Made by a program: the position numbers and the translations under genes
DNA from: the human T2T-CHM13v2.0 reference genome, Homo sapiens
DNA: 64,000 nucleotides
Direction: 5' to 3' (one strand)
Assembly: GCF_009914755.1 (NCBI RefSeq)
Contig: NC_060929.1
The notes under the pieces: model-generated
Told to the model about the DNA's origin: nothing
The model's input: only the letters and a program-made list of their open reading frames with translations
Database searches by the model: none
Shown here: positions 17,540 through 32,705 of the stretch, one piece after another
Numbering within the stretch: position 1 is the first letter of the stretch
Layout: every line of letters begins with the position of its first letter

Positions 17540-17619
17540 TTAAATTGGTGCAAAAGTAATTGCTATTCTTGCCACTACTTTTAATGGCAAAATCTGTAAT
17601 TACTTTTGCACCAACATAA
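17540..17619. mobile_element. MADE1 mariner (Hsmar1-derived) MITE
   Basis: 80 bp; inverted arms ttggtgcaaaagtaatt / aattacttttgcaccaa; TA on both flanks. Confidence 0.93.
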
Positions 17620-18827
17620 TACTATAAAAATAGTTGATTTGCTGATCCAGAATCTAACTTTTTTTATGAACAAATAATTTTTAAATACTCTAGTGACATT
17701 TATTAAGAAATCCTTATGGCTAGCACTTGATAAAATATTGCATTAAATATGCATTAAATATGTTTGCATTAAAATATGTTTTTATGCCTTCTTTCCTTCT
17801 TAGTACTAACTTGAAGAAAGAAAAATCAGATATTTATTAATTATGGTGTGTGTATGGGGGTGTCAGCACTTCCTTAGTCAGCATTCTTCATAGTTTATCT
17901 GTCTTTGTCCGTATAAACACAAACAAAAATAAATACTGAACGGTAGACTTTTCCAATGTAGCTTCTTTACTGACTGGTACAAATTAGATCACCAATTAAT
18001 GATTTTTTATAAGAATAAATGGATAACAATGAAGACACACAAGAGAATATAAACATATTATTGCTGGGGGTGACTTGGAAATCTTGAAAATTTGATAATG
18101 AGCCAAAGAAATAAAAGGTAAAAAGAATCAATTTGTAGAAGGAAAGAGGATTATAAAAAAAAATACAGTGACCTGACAATTATATTATTTGTAACTTCAT
18201 TCTTTAAAATCACTTTGAGATTGCAAATACTATGTGTGGGTGCAAGGTATTGAAGTATGGGCACTCCTGGAAATTTAACAAATATTCTCTATAAGTTAAG
18301 AGACAAGGAAAGAAGGATGAGAGGAAAACTGTGGAGCAAAGATAATTAATAGTTACTCTATAAAGTTGGGAGTTTGATTTTCTGTGGAGACTTGGAGGAG
18401 GAGGAGTTGTGCATGGCAGTGACTGGAAATAAATCTAGCAGATAATTTTAAAACAACTTCTATACGGAATGGAAAATGAAATAGGCTAGAGATAAGTAAA
18501 AGATTATCCAGCTTAGGTATGTCAAGGGGAGACAGAGAAATGATATAGAAAGAGCTTAAACACTGAAGTCAGTCCAACAAATGTCCATATCAGGCCTCTG
18601 AAAATTATTAGCTTTGAGACTATGGGAAATTAGATAACTTCTCAGTGTCTCAGTTTTCACATCTAGAGGAAAAAAATTAAAGGTTCAAATGTGATAACTA
18701 AGAAATTGATGAAAATGCATTTTTCCTTTTGAGTGAGTGCCGCAGGGTAAAACACTACATGGGTTTCAGTAAGAAAGAGGTTACATTTCTAATGTGCTGA
18801 TTTTCTTTAAGATTGTAATTCTTTTGA

Positions 18828-19300
<473 letters not shown>

Positions 19301-20377
19301 GGTTTTACTTTTTTTCACAAAATGAACTTCAGAGTGCTATGACCGCAGGTGTAATTTTAATTAAGCTGAGATATTATATTTGCATTATTGACTAAGTACT
19401 AATTTTATAGGGTTTTTGTGTGAATGAAATGAAAAATAAAAGCACATACCTGTGACTAAAACACATTATGTTGTTGCTAAATGTTCAAATCTTCTTCCAG
19501 TACTTAAAATTATATGCTTATGTTTCTTAAAATAAGAAAACGACTAGCTTCTAAATATGTTTTTAAAATTTATGAATGGTACTATTGTTCTTATAAAAGG
19601 TTTTCTTAAGCTTTTTAACCCAATCATATTACTTGAATGTTTACAAGGTAATAGTCTTAAGAGAGCTAATGCTCCCAGCCAAAATGTAACATCCTCAAGA
19701 GAACAAAAGATATAAGCATAAATATAATATTCTTTGGGAATCTGACTTTATGTTGTCTACCTAGTTCACAGTTGCCATAATAAACCTGGACTTTCGGGGT
19801 AATTATTTTAAATCTCCTCTGTAATTGATCCTATGGTTCATATGCTGGGAAACATTCATAGGCTGGGCACCTGACATATTTTTTATTGTTTTATTTTCCA
19901 TATGACCTTTTCAGTATCTCAAGAATTTAAAGGATTTTATAATAAATCCTCATCATAAATGATAATGAAGGAAAGCTAAAGTTTTCCTCTGCTCATTCTT
20001 TTTGTCCATCAGCTTAATGCCTTGTTAAAAACTTACTTCTCTTATGTTATTTTCCTAAATAACAACATGGCATGCTATATTCTTGTAATATGTAACTACA
20101 TAGCAGTTATAAAACACCAGATCCTACTTTCATTTACTGATATTGGATTTAGGTAAGAATAGGTCTAACTTGTTTAATATTTAGTGTGATATATATATAT
20201 ATGTACATATACACATGCATATACACAAATAAGCAATTACGTTGTAAAAATCATCTGAAAATAATACTAAAATTGAATGTTTAGTAAATTTTTGTTTCTT
20301 AGAGTGTCCTCAATTACTTTGTTATTCTAGTAAATTTTAATGAAGTCAATTTTGGCTCTTCATATTAACCCTACGAT

Positions 20378-20686
20378 TTCTTTCTTTTCTTTTCTTTTCT
20401 TTTTTGAGATGGGGTCTCCCTCTGTTGCCCAAGCTGGAGTGCAGTGGCGCTATCTTGACTCACTGCAACCTCCGCATCCTGGGTTCCATCAATTCTCCTG
20501 CCTCAGCCTTCTGACTAGCTGGGATTACAGGCACCCACCACTGCAGCTGGCCAGTTTTTGTATCTTTAGTAGAGACAGGGATTCGTCATGTTGGCCAGAC
20601 TGGTCTTGAACTCCTGACCTCAACAGATCCTCTGCCTCAGCCTCCCAAAGGGCTGGGATTACAGGTGCGAGCCACCATACCCGGCC
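20378..20686 (-). mobile_element. AluS
   Basis: Full Alu body with (TTTTC)n tail. Confidence 0.9.
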
Positions 20687-22597
20687 CAACTATAAATTTT
20701 TACATGGAGAAAGTTATAGCAACAAGATATGAGAGTGTATAGTGGTGTGGAATAGATTTTTTAGAGAGCAATTCAAAAATTGGTTCAAAAAACACTGAAA
20801 AGAATAGGGGCAGTATGTTTTTTTTTAAAGAGTTATACCATTGAAAAAATGCTTTTGAAGGTCACACACTTGAGACACAGTTTTAGTAACATTGAGGTTT
20901 AATCAGAAGTTTATAGAACTGTCTTTCTCCTCCACATCTTCTCAATACACAAAAGAGTTCTAGTATAATGTTCTAAATATGTCAATTAAAAGTCAGAGAT
21001 TATCATAGTGGATTTTAAAGAGACATAATCATATTTTCTATGTACATGGAAACTCCTTTAAATATTAAGACACTGAGAGGTATAATGTAAAGAAATAGAG
21101 AAACACAGACCATATTAACAATAATCAAAATAAACTGTATTAGCTATATTACTTTTAGACAAAGCTGACTTCAAAACAAAGAAGTGTATCAGGGATAAAG
21201 AGCATTTATCAGGTATAAAGGAGTCAACTCTCCAAGAAGACCTGCAATCCTACATATTTGCATGAAGCAAAGCTGATACAAATTAAAAAGAAGAATGGAA
21301 AAATCCACTAATTTTATAGGGGAATTCAACATCTCTTTGTCAGTAAATAATAGATCAAGTAGGCAGAAAATCAGTAAAGACATAGATGACCTGAACAGCA
21401 TTATCAATCAATATTATCTAATTGACATTTATAGAATACTCCGTCTAAGGACAGTAGAATGCACATTCTTTTCAAGTTGACATTAAACAGCCACCAAGAT
21501 AAACCACATTGTGGGCTATAAAACACACCTTAGTAACTTTGAAAAATAGAAAGGAGAAAAAATATGGTCTCAATTTGCAATGGAAATAAAGTAGAACTCA
21601 GCAACAAAAAAACCTGTGTAAATATTTAAATGTTTATAAATTAAACAAAACTTTCCTTAGTTGTACATAGGTTAAAGAGGTTTCCAGAGAAATCAAAAAT
21701 GTATTTTAGACTAAATGAAAATGAAAATGCAGCCTATCAAAATTTTAGATATATAATAAGAAGTGTGCAGCAGAATTGTATAGCATTAAATGCATATATT
21801 ACAACAGAAGAAACAACTGAAATAAATAATCTGTGATTTTATCTTAAAGTACAATAAGAAAATAACAATTTCAACACAAAACAAATAAGAAAAAATACTA
21901 AAATTAGAACAGAATTCAATAGAATTGAAGTTTAGAAATCAGTAAAATTGAAATTAAGAAACAGAGAAATCAATAAAGGTAAAACTGGCTCCATTGAAAA
22001 GATAAATAAAATTGACAAAATTCTACCAGACTAATCTGGAAAGAAAGTGAGAAAGCAGAAATTAACAATATCAGAAATGAAAGTTGAGGGATCATTACTA
22101 TTGATCTAATAGACATTAAGATGTCAATAATAAAAACTATGAAAAACTTTATGCCCACAAGCTTTGTAACTTAGATTCAATGGATCAGTTCCTGAATAGA
22201 CACGAACTACAGAAACCACATGAAGAAAATAAATAACCTGAATAACTCTACATCTATTATATGAATTAAATTCACAGTTAATGAGCTTTCAACAAAAAAG
22301 TAACAGGCCCAGATTATGTCACTTGGGAATTCTATCAAACCTTTAAGGAAGAAATACTGCCAATTTTACACAATCTTCTTCAGAGTACACAGGGAGGAGT
22401 AATACTAGATAATTCATTTTATGAGACTATCATTACCTTCATATCAAACCAGAAATAATATTTAAATAAAGAAAAAAATACAGGCCAATATCTCTCAGGA
22501 ATATAGAGTCAAAAACCCTCAACAAATATATATCATGAACAAGGGTCAGTCATTCCAGATTCAAGGCTATTTCAATATTCAACAATTAATCAATGCA

Positions 22598-22915
22598 CAG
22601 TTGGCCTTCTGTATCTGCTGACTCTGCATCTGTGGATTCACCCAACTGCTGATTGAAAATATTAGGGAAAAAAATAATAAAAAATAATAATACAAAATTA
22701 GAAATAAAAGCAATACAGTGTAACAATTATTTACATAGCATTTACATTATATTAGTTATTATAAATAATCTAGAGATTATTTAAAGTATATGGGAGGATG
22801 TATGTAGGTTATATGCAATTACAACTTCATTTTATTTGAGACCCAAGCATCTGCTGATTTTGATATCCTGAAGGAGTCCTGGAACCAATCCCCTACAAAT
22901 ACCAAGGGGTGACTG
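22598..22915. mobile_element. Tigger3a/MER7-like DNA transposon inside L1
   Basis: cagttggccttctgtatc ... aggggtgactg|ta termini; core tatttacatagcatttacattatattag. Confidence 0.85.
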
Positions 22916-24562
22916 TAATCTACCATTTCAATAGGTTAACAAAGAAAAATCATTTACTCATTCATTTAAGGGAGAAAAAGAGCTGACAAAATTCAACACT
23001 CATTCATGATTTCTAAAATTTCAAGAAATTAGGAGAAAAAGGGATCATTCCTTACTTGATTTTTAAAAATCAAGAAAAATAGTATATCTAACATTGCACT
23101 TAATAAGGGACTCCGCACCACGTCTAAATTTAGGAACATGATGGGAATGCCTGCTATCACCACTGCTATTCAACACCATAGTGAAATTCTTAGTTAATAT
23201 AATAAAATAAATAAAAGGAATATATAGATTGTAAAGAAAAAATAAAAAATTTTTATTTGAATATGAATGATTATAAAATCCACGTTATCTATGAAAAAAT
23301 CTGAAATAATAAGTAAATATAGCAATATTACAGGAAGCACATCATTTAATACAAAAACCACTCACTTCTCTACATACTGCAATAAAAATTAGAATTTCAA
23401 ATTAAAAATATATCATTTATAATACACACCATAAAAGAAATATTTAACTATAAATCTAATAAATTATGTATAATATCTCATACAAAAAACTAGAAATTAT
23501 GAAAGAAATCAAAGACTGTCTAAATAAATGTAGTTATACTTTATTGATTAGATGACTCGATTTTGTTAAAATATTAATTCTCCACAACTTGATCTCTAGA
23601 TTCAATGCAATTTCTATAAAATTCCAGCAAGCTACACTATAGATATCAACAAATTGGCTCCAAAGTTCATATGGAAAGCAAAAATCTGAAGTATCCTACA
23701 AGTCGTTGAAAAACAAAGTTGGAGTACTCCACTTTCTGATTTCAATACTTGTATAAAGTGACAGTAATCGAGACAACATGGTTTTACAAGAGAATGGGCA
23801 TAAAGATCAATGGAATTGAATAGAGACTGCAGAAGCACACCCACACAAATATGGTAAGCTAGTTTTTAACAAAGGTGCAAAAAATTTCATTGGAGAATAA
23901 ATAGTTTGTTCAGCAAGATGTGCTGGAACAAAGAGATGTACTTAGCACACATCATATACCTTTCAAAAAATAAAACTAAAATTGATCTTAGAACTTAAAC
24001 ATAAAATTAAAATGAAAAAACTATAACATGTATTGATGAAAACTTGGGTGATCATGGGTCTGGTGATGGCTTTGAGATAACCATAAAAGCATGACCTATG
24101 GAAAAAAATTGATAGGGTAGATTTTATTAAAAATAAAAATGTCTGCTTTGTAGAAGTTACCTTGAGAAAATTAAAAGGCAAGCTACAAGTTTGGGAGAAA
24201 TATTTTCAAAATATATATCTGAACAGACACTTCAGCAAAAAGATATGCAGATGGCATGACATATAAGCGTATAAAGAGATACTAAATATCATTTTCATTA
24301 GAAAAGCAAATGAAAAAAACAATGGAGTACCACTACACATCTATCAGAATGGCTGAAATCCAAAAAAAACTGACAATACCAATACTGATGAGAATGAATA
24401 GCAAAAAGAGTTTTCGTTCATTACTGGTGGAAATACAAAATGGTAGAGCCACTCTGGCAGTTGCACTCAAAATTAAAAATAATCTTATTATACAATCCAA
24501 TGATTGAGCTTTAAGGTATTTTTCCAAGTGATTTAAAACTTATGTTAAAAAAAACCCTGTAA

Positions 24563-24946
<384 letters not shown>

Positions 24947-25548
24947 TGATAAACTGTGGTACATCCAGACAATGGGATGTGATATCATAAATACTAATGT
25001 GTTATTAAACCACATAGAGAGATGAGTCTTAAATTCATATTGCTAAATGAAAAAGCTAGTCTAATAAGTCTACCCACTGTATTATTCCATTTATATGACA
25101 GACTAAGAGACAAAACTATAAAGACAGAAAACAGATCAATGGTTTTTCATGAGTTCAGAGGGAGTTTCACATACAGTCACTGAAGCACAGGGGATGTTTT
25201 TTAAAGCAGTGACACTATTCTGCAGGGCATTGTAATGGTGGATAAACAACACTGTGCATTTGCTGAAATCTATAGAACTTCACAGCACAAACAATAAACC
25301 TTAATGTATGCAAATTTAAACATAATCTTTTAAGAGATTAAGGGATCCAAGAATTGAATGAAGAATGTAACAAAAGAATCTCACTTTGTAACAAATGAAT
25401 GAAACCACGTCACTGACGGGGGAGGGGTGTAAAGTTTGTGACCTAAGTAAATCTGGAAATGAGTGGAGTCTGTAAGACTTAAGGCAAAAGAACTCTAACT
25501 GATAAAGTTGTTTCACAAGAAGATGTAAGTTAACAATCCTAAAATATA

Positions 25549-25985
25549 CAGTTGACCTTTGAACAACATGGGTTTAGACTACATGGATCCACTTATTTGT
25601 AGATTTTCTTCTGCCTCTGCCACCCATGAGAGAGCAAGGCCAACTGCTCTTCTTTCTCCTCCTCTGCATCCTACCCAATGTGAGGATGGTGAGGATGAAG
25701 ACTTTTAGGATGATCCATTTTCACTTAATGAATAGTAAATATATTTTCTTTTTCTTATAATTTTCTTAATAACATTGACTTTTCTCTAGCTTACTTTATT
25801 GTAAGGACACAGTATATAATACATACAGCATACAAGATACGTGTTAATTGACTGTTATCAGTCAGATTCTGCTCAACAGTAGGCTCCTTGTAGTTTAGTT
25901 TTTGAGGAGGCAAAAGTTCTACATGGATTTTTGCCTGTGTGGGGCATAGGTGCTCCTAACCCCTGTGTTGTTCTAGGGTCAACTA
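25549..25985. mobile_element. Tigger2a (MER28)-like DNA transposon inside L1
   Basis: ta|cagttgacctttgaacaaca ... tgttgttctagggtcaacta inverted termini. Confidence 0.87.
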
Positions 25986-26525
25986 CATACTAGGATTGAA
26001 CAATTAAGTAAATCAATGGCAGATGATGGGAGGTAGGTTTGTCACTGTTGGAGTGGGAGGGAACATACAAGCAGGAGAGAAGTGTATGTGTAATTTTCTA
26101 TATAATAATAGATTAGAGTGGAGGACATCAGTATTAACTCGTTTTAGTCTAATGTTAGTACAGATGGTTACACATGGAAATATATATGGATATTGATTAT
26201 AGATGCATAGTTGGTATAAACATATATTTTCTTGCTCTATCATTGGAGAGGACATAGAAACACAAACACCTTAGTAGCAAGAAGCATACCTACCATCAAG
26301 ATATTGACTTGCATACAATTTTCCAGCAAACAGAAACAAAGCTTTTTAGAGAACTATTGCTGATTCTAGAACTGGCAGGAAATATTCAAGGAAAAGCTTG
26401 AATTTTGCAGTACCAGAAAGTAAAATAGTAAGACAAACTGAACAAAACCAAAATCAATCAGTTATGGGATATGAAAAAGGGTACAGGAGCCAAATGAAAT
26501 AGCTTTATAAATAAAGTGGTATTGG

Positions 26526-26851
<326 letters not shown>

Positions 26852-27714
26852 CTATGAGTCCATACTAATATAAATAAATAATCTTATAAATAAATGAAGA
26901 ATAGACACATCTCCCATACAGATGAAGTCCAATATTTTAGGCAGATACTCTGATCTCAAGAGATGAAGCATAACTCTGCACTTCTTAAGTGAGGGCTGTG
27001 CAAAGTGACTTGCTTCAGGGAAGTGAAAGGTAAGCAGTTGGGGAAAAATGAATAATTTATAGTGAAGAAAGCTGACAAACTATTTCAGCAAGATGATCAA
27101 AGTGAACGTCAACAGTGATAAGTCATTTTGGTAGCATGTTCCTCTGATATGATGTGATGAGAATGGCACTTTACCTCTGTGGTCTTCTTCCCTAAAACCC
27201 ATACTGCCAGTCTAATCACAAGAGGGAAAAGTCATATTAATACCAATTGAGAGACATTCTATGAAATACCTGGCCACTAATCCTGAAGACTCTCAAGACC
27301 ATTAAAAATGAGGAAAGCCTGCAAAAGTAGCACAGCCAAGAGAACCCTAAAGAAACCTGATGACTACATGCAGTAGCATATTGTGGATAGGATCCTAAGA
27401 CAACAACACAATAAAAGCATATTAGGTAAAAATAAAAATGTAAAATAGTATAGAATGTAATTAACAAGGCATCAGTATTGGTTCAATAATTATATTAATT
27501 ATGATAACCATACTGTAATAATGGAAGTTGTTAGGGGAAACTGGGTATGAAATGCACAGTTATTTTCTGTACCATCTTAGTAATTTTAAGAGTGTGTGTT
27601 TTAAACTGTTATTTGAAGAGTAGAATAGCAATGCATTGTTTTTTTTTTAACAACAGCATGGAAAAGAAGATCATAAATATCCCATCAGAAATGGAACAGA
27701 TAAAACAGGGAAAA

Positions 27715-27785
27715 GGATGGGAGAGGAGAGGAGAGGAGAGGGAAGGTGAGAGGAGAAGAGAGGGGAGGAGAGGAGGAGAGGAAAC
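27715..27785. repeat. Purine-rich (GGAGA)n-like tract
   Basis: Seen directly. Confidence 0.85.
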
Positions 27786-28394
27786 AGAGAAAGAGCAAGC
27801 ACAGGAGGATAGTTCAGATCCCAAGTAACAACAGAAATACTAAACTTGGAGAAAGGAGGATATAGACTTGGATCTCATGAATTCAAAGCCAATGGATTAG
27901 ATTGGCCAGGTGGTGTTCAGAAGATAGCAAATATGTGCAACTAAAACTCCGTCATCTTACTGAAAGGGAAAACGTATAAATACACATTTAAGGATCATTT
28001 GAATAGTATTTATACAGAGATGAAAATTGCTATTATAACAAGAGGCCTCCAAATGTCAATGATATAAAAAAGAAATGAGAACAGAAGGGAGAGCTCTGTG
28101 GGATTATTTTTGTAGGCTGTGTGAGAGGTATATGAAGCCTTAAAAGAGGAAAGAAAAAAATGTGTGAACAAAAAGGTGGAAGAAGCTTGAAGATGAGATA
28201 TGAGCATGTGATTAACTCTACAGAAACATCAGGGAGATGAAAGAAAGGAACACTGAAGTTTTTAAATTATAAAGTTATTAGTGAACTTCAAAGAAACAGA
28301 TTTCAGGTTGTTACCCAGTTATAAAGGAGTGAGGCAGGAGAGTGCAATATGCTGTATCTCATGGGTAAAGGGGTGGCGTGTGCATATCATAATT

Positions 28395-28580
28395 CTGCTA
28401 GTGTCCTGGCTCTGCCACTTGTCAGTTGTGACTAAACAGACATGTTACTTCACCTATTCAAGCCTAATTTACTCATATGTAAAATAAATATAATGGTAAT
28501 ATGTGGCTCATCAAGTAAGCCTTAAATGCTTGTAGCATAATTGTCTACATAGCATATGCTCAATGATTAGTAGCTCTATT
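28395..28580 (+). mobile_element. MIR fragment
   Basis: tcctggctctgccactt..tgtgact..gttacttcacct..ctcatatgtaaaat core. Confidence 0.65.
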
Positions 28581-30199
28581 ATTGCTATTACTTAAAAAAA
28601 CCCAGCAGAGCAGAAGAGAAGAAAGAAAGAATTCCTGATTGTTTCATGTAATTTTGAGTCATGGCAAACACCATATCCATAGAAAAATGGATAGGAAGAG
28701 ACTAAATAAATTCCATTTTAGAGATTTAAGTGATGATGTGGGCTAAGGTATAGCTACACCTATGGGAAGCTAAAAAGACATGAAATTAGACATAATTAGA
28801 TTGAAAAGTCCAACTAAGTTAAGGTCAGGGTAGTGTTGAGATGGTAAATGTCAATGTTTAAAAGGAGGTGCAAAGTGATTTAGCTTCAAATACATTGAAT
28901 TCTTGGTAATATAGACATGAATATTTTCCATTGTATAACAGAGTTTTCACCTGTACTATGGAAACCTATTGTGTCCTTCATTCTTGCTTCTTGAGTAAGA
29001 TATTGACATAAGAATAAATAATGTTTAGGTTATTTCTTCTTTATAAGGAAGTATAACAATATATTGTAGTATGATCCATAATTCCCAGAGATCCATGTTA
29101 ATTTACCTTGCCATTACAGTGTAACAAATAATAGTGTAGAAGTTACAAAAAGAAGGGAAAAAGCATCAGAGTGAAAGTTTAGATAAGAGTTATTTAATTA
29201 TTCACAATTAAGAAAAGGGCTTTACCCTATAGTTGTTTATTATTTCATGGTTTTGCCCAAGTCGTTTGGGCACTCTTGCCTTCTATTTTTTCTTTTTATT
29301 TTAAAGTGGGACAATTAAAACGACATACAATTAAACCCTAATAAAGTTTAAGAACTTTTGAGAAATTTAGTAAATAAAATTGATTGTTATGAAAATCCGT
29401 GACAATTGGTTTTTAAGAAAATAAATAATTAAAGGCTTAAGTGGCAGTCCACAATGCAAACTGGACTTATACACACGTAAATACATATATATGTGTATAT
29501 GTGTGTGTGTAATACACATACACACTAGAATTAACCTCTTTTTTTATAACAATGGATATAAAATAAAATGATCAGATTTCTTTTTCAGATTTTGGGTCAT
29601 TATGACTGATTGTATTTCATTTTATATCCTTTTCAAACTAAGAAAAACTTATGATATTGTAAGTTGAAGATAAAAGAATATATATTTATAAAAACTTTCT
29701 ATATATTATTTCTATGTTATGTATATGTGCATATACATGTTTTTGTATATGTGTGTGCGTATGTGTGTATCCCCACAAAAATAAAGAGAATGCCATAAGG
29801 TCCATTAGCAGACAAATATTTTGCGTAAATGTTTGGAAGGCTAACAGAACAATAGTGGGTGAAGCTGGGCAGAAAATTTGCAGACTAGGGAATCAGTGTT
29901 GCAGCTCAGTAGAAAACTTATCTTCTCATCACAATCCTAGGATGTGTCATGATTTGGACATATCATATGGCAGAAAACTGGAATGAGACATGAGGGTGAA
30001 CTAGAATAAAGTAGAATGGAAGTCTGTAGCTCCCTTTCCCATGCTGTGTTTGAAGAACATAATTCGGAGGAAAAAAATAGGATTACAAAATGTAAAAAGC
30101 TGCAATTAACATCATCAGAGTGACTCAAGAAAAGACTGATCTAAAAGTAAGAGCAGAATAATATAAAAAAAGACAGAGAACAGAACAACAAAATACTCC

Positions 30200-30741
30200 T
30201 GAAATTAACATTTTTTTTAAAAAAACCACTACAAAAAAAAATCAATAGAACTAGAAGACAAAGAGGAAAATATCACCATGAAAATAAAGTATAAGACAGA
30301 AAGTGATAGTTAAAATATAATTAGTGCTTAAACCTAGAACATCCAAAAACCAAAGATTCAAAATTCCACAGAGATAACAGAAAAACGCAGGGTAGGAAAC
30401 TATTGAAGAATGATTGCAGGAAAAATATCTCAGAACTAAAGGTTCTGAAGCTCTTTGTTGAAAGGGGTCATGGAATACCAAGTCCTGAGAATGACCAAAA
30501 AAAACTCCTCTTGACTCGTCCATGTGAAATTTTATAACAATAAGGATAAAAAAAAGAAGACCATTATGCAAAAAACCATATCACATAGAAAAGAATGACA
30601 TGGTCACTATGCTATCTCATCACCTCAGTTGGATGCTAAAATATGAGAGAAACTGTTTTCAGAATATTGAGGAAATCATTTAAAAAACATAATTCAAATG
30701 AGAATTATGTACCTAGCCAAACTACAGATTGATGAGGCAAA

Positions 30742-30772
<31 letters not shown>

Positions 30773-30775
30773 ATT
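30200..30775 (+). mobile_element. Old L1 ORF1-like fragment followed by (AAAT)n
   Basis: A-rich ORF1-like wording (agaattatgtacctagccaaact); (AAAT)n at ~30738-30773. Confidence 0.5.
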
Positions 30776-32004
30776 CAAGGAAGGAGTAATTTATGAAAAT
30801 AACACACACCTACCACCACATACACATGTCCCTTCCTTTAGTAACCAAACTCAGGCTGTTTATTGACATTTAATAAACTCTTTCTTCAGGTCTAGTAATA
30901 ACTTAGGGGTCACTTCAAATATAAGGCCTGCGTATTGACATGTGGTTTTAGGAATTCCCATTTTTAATAAAATAGTTACTGAAATTTTCCAAGGATTTCT
31001 GTGGGCAATAGCACATCCCTTCTAATTTTTTCTTCCTACCATTTGTTTATCCTGTTTGGCTCAAGATCTGGGCCTAACTATTTTAACACTTTTTTCTCTC
31101 TTTTCATATGTACACCTCTGCTTTTCAATCTTGCAGAAGAATTTTGACATTTGCACCTAGGAAATGTTTGTCTGGCTCCTCTTATGTTGTAGAAGCGGTG
31201 AGTTTTAATGTATAACCAATGCAATCCATAGTTCAAAGATTCCTAATTCTTATATTATGCTTAAAGGTTCTCTGTGATTCTCATAATTATATGTAGTCAA
31301 TATTTAAATGATTTAGTGAACTTCATAAGATTGTCACTAGAATTTCAGAATCAAGACATTTTAGAGGAAATTTGTACAACACTAAGTTCAACAAATTAAT
31401 TTTGCCAAAGAAAACAGAACACTGGGAGGCTAAGGAGCTTGACCCATATTTCTGGTGAGAATTTGGTACAAAAGTAATTTTAGATCATTTCTAGCATATC
31501 ACATCGTTTCACTCATATGTGTTGATCTAATACTTCATTGAATATAATTAAATGTAACATTTAAAAATAGATATAAGTAACACACATATGTTACATATAA
31601 TACATACATACATACTTCTATAAAAGTAAACATGCAAGGCAATAACAAAATTATGGTTTAATTATTATTAATAGTCAAAATTCCCCATATAAATTCTAAA
31701 CATTTTTATAGTGCTTAATGCTTAAATGAAGGTCAGTAATTTTGTTATTATAAATAAAACAGAACCCAACATGTTATAAGTATTGAAATATTAGGCCTAG
31801 TGTGATGTCATAGCATAAAAGGTATCCCATAATATTTATATTTACGAGCACCAAAGACCTCTTTTCCCCATATCTCTCCTCTGGTGACCCATTGTATCTG
31901 AAATCATTTCTATTCATTTTTTTCCATATATTTGGGTTTTTTTGTGTGTGTTTTAAACCAAGCCAGTTTTTAAAAAAGAAAATATGATGAACACCTGTGT
32001 GATT

Positions 32005-32705
32005 GATATGGGCCGAATTGTGTCTCTTCAAAAATCATATGTTGAAGTCCTAAATCCCAGCAACTCACAATGTGATTATATTTGGAGACAGAGCCTTTAT
32101 AGAGGTAATCAAGATAAAAAGAGCTATTATGGGTGGGTCCTAATACAGTATAACTGGCATCTTTTTTTTGTTTTTGTTTGTTTGTTTGTTGGTTTTGAGA
32201 GAGAGTCTCACTCTATTGCCGAGGCTGGAATGCAGTGGTGACAACTCAGCTCACTGCAACCTCTGCCCCCTGGGTTTTAAGCAATTCTGTCTGCCTCAGC
32301 CTCTGGACTAGCTGGGATTACAGGTGCCTGTCACCACGCCCAGCTAATTTTTGTGTTTTTGGTAGAGACAGGGTTTCGCCATGTTGGCCAGGCTGGTCTT
32401 GAACTCCTGACCTCAGGTGATCCATGTACCTTGGCCTCCCAAAGTGCTGGGATTACAGGCACCGCGCCCGGCCTGGTGTATTTTATAAGAAGAGCAATTA
32501 GGACATGAGTAAGCACAGAGGGAGTACCATGTGAACACACAGAGAGAAGACGGCCATGGGCAAGCCAAGGAGGGACTCCCAGGAGAAATCAACTCTGTCA
32601 ACACCTTGATCTTGGATGTTTTGCCTCCAGAATTGTGAGAAAATACATTTCGGTTAAGTCACTCAGTCTGTGATATTTTGTTATGGCAGACCTAGCAAAG
32701 GAATG
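32005..32705 (+). mobile_element. MLT1B-like LTR interrupted by an Alu
   Basis: aaaatcatatgttgaagtcctaa ... gcctccagaattgtgagaaaataca ... tttgttatggcagacctagcaaa. Confidence 0.8.
32162..32473 (-). mobile_element. AluSx-like within the MLT1 LTR
   Basis: (TTTG)n tail and Alu body. Confidence 0.9.
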
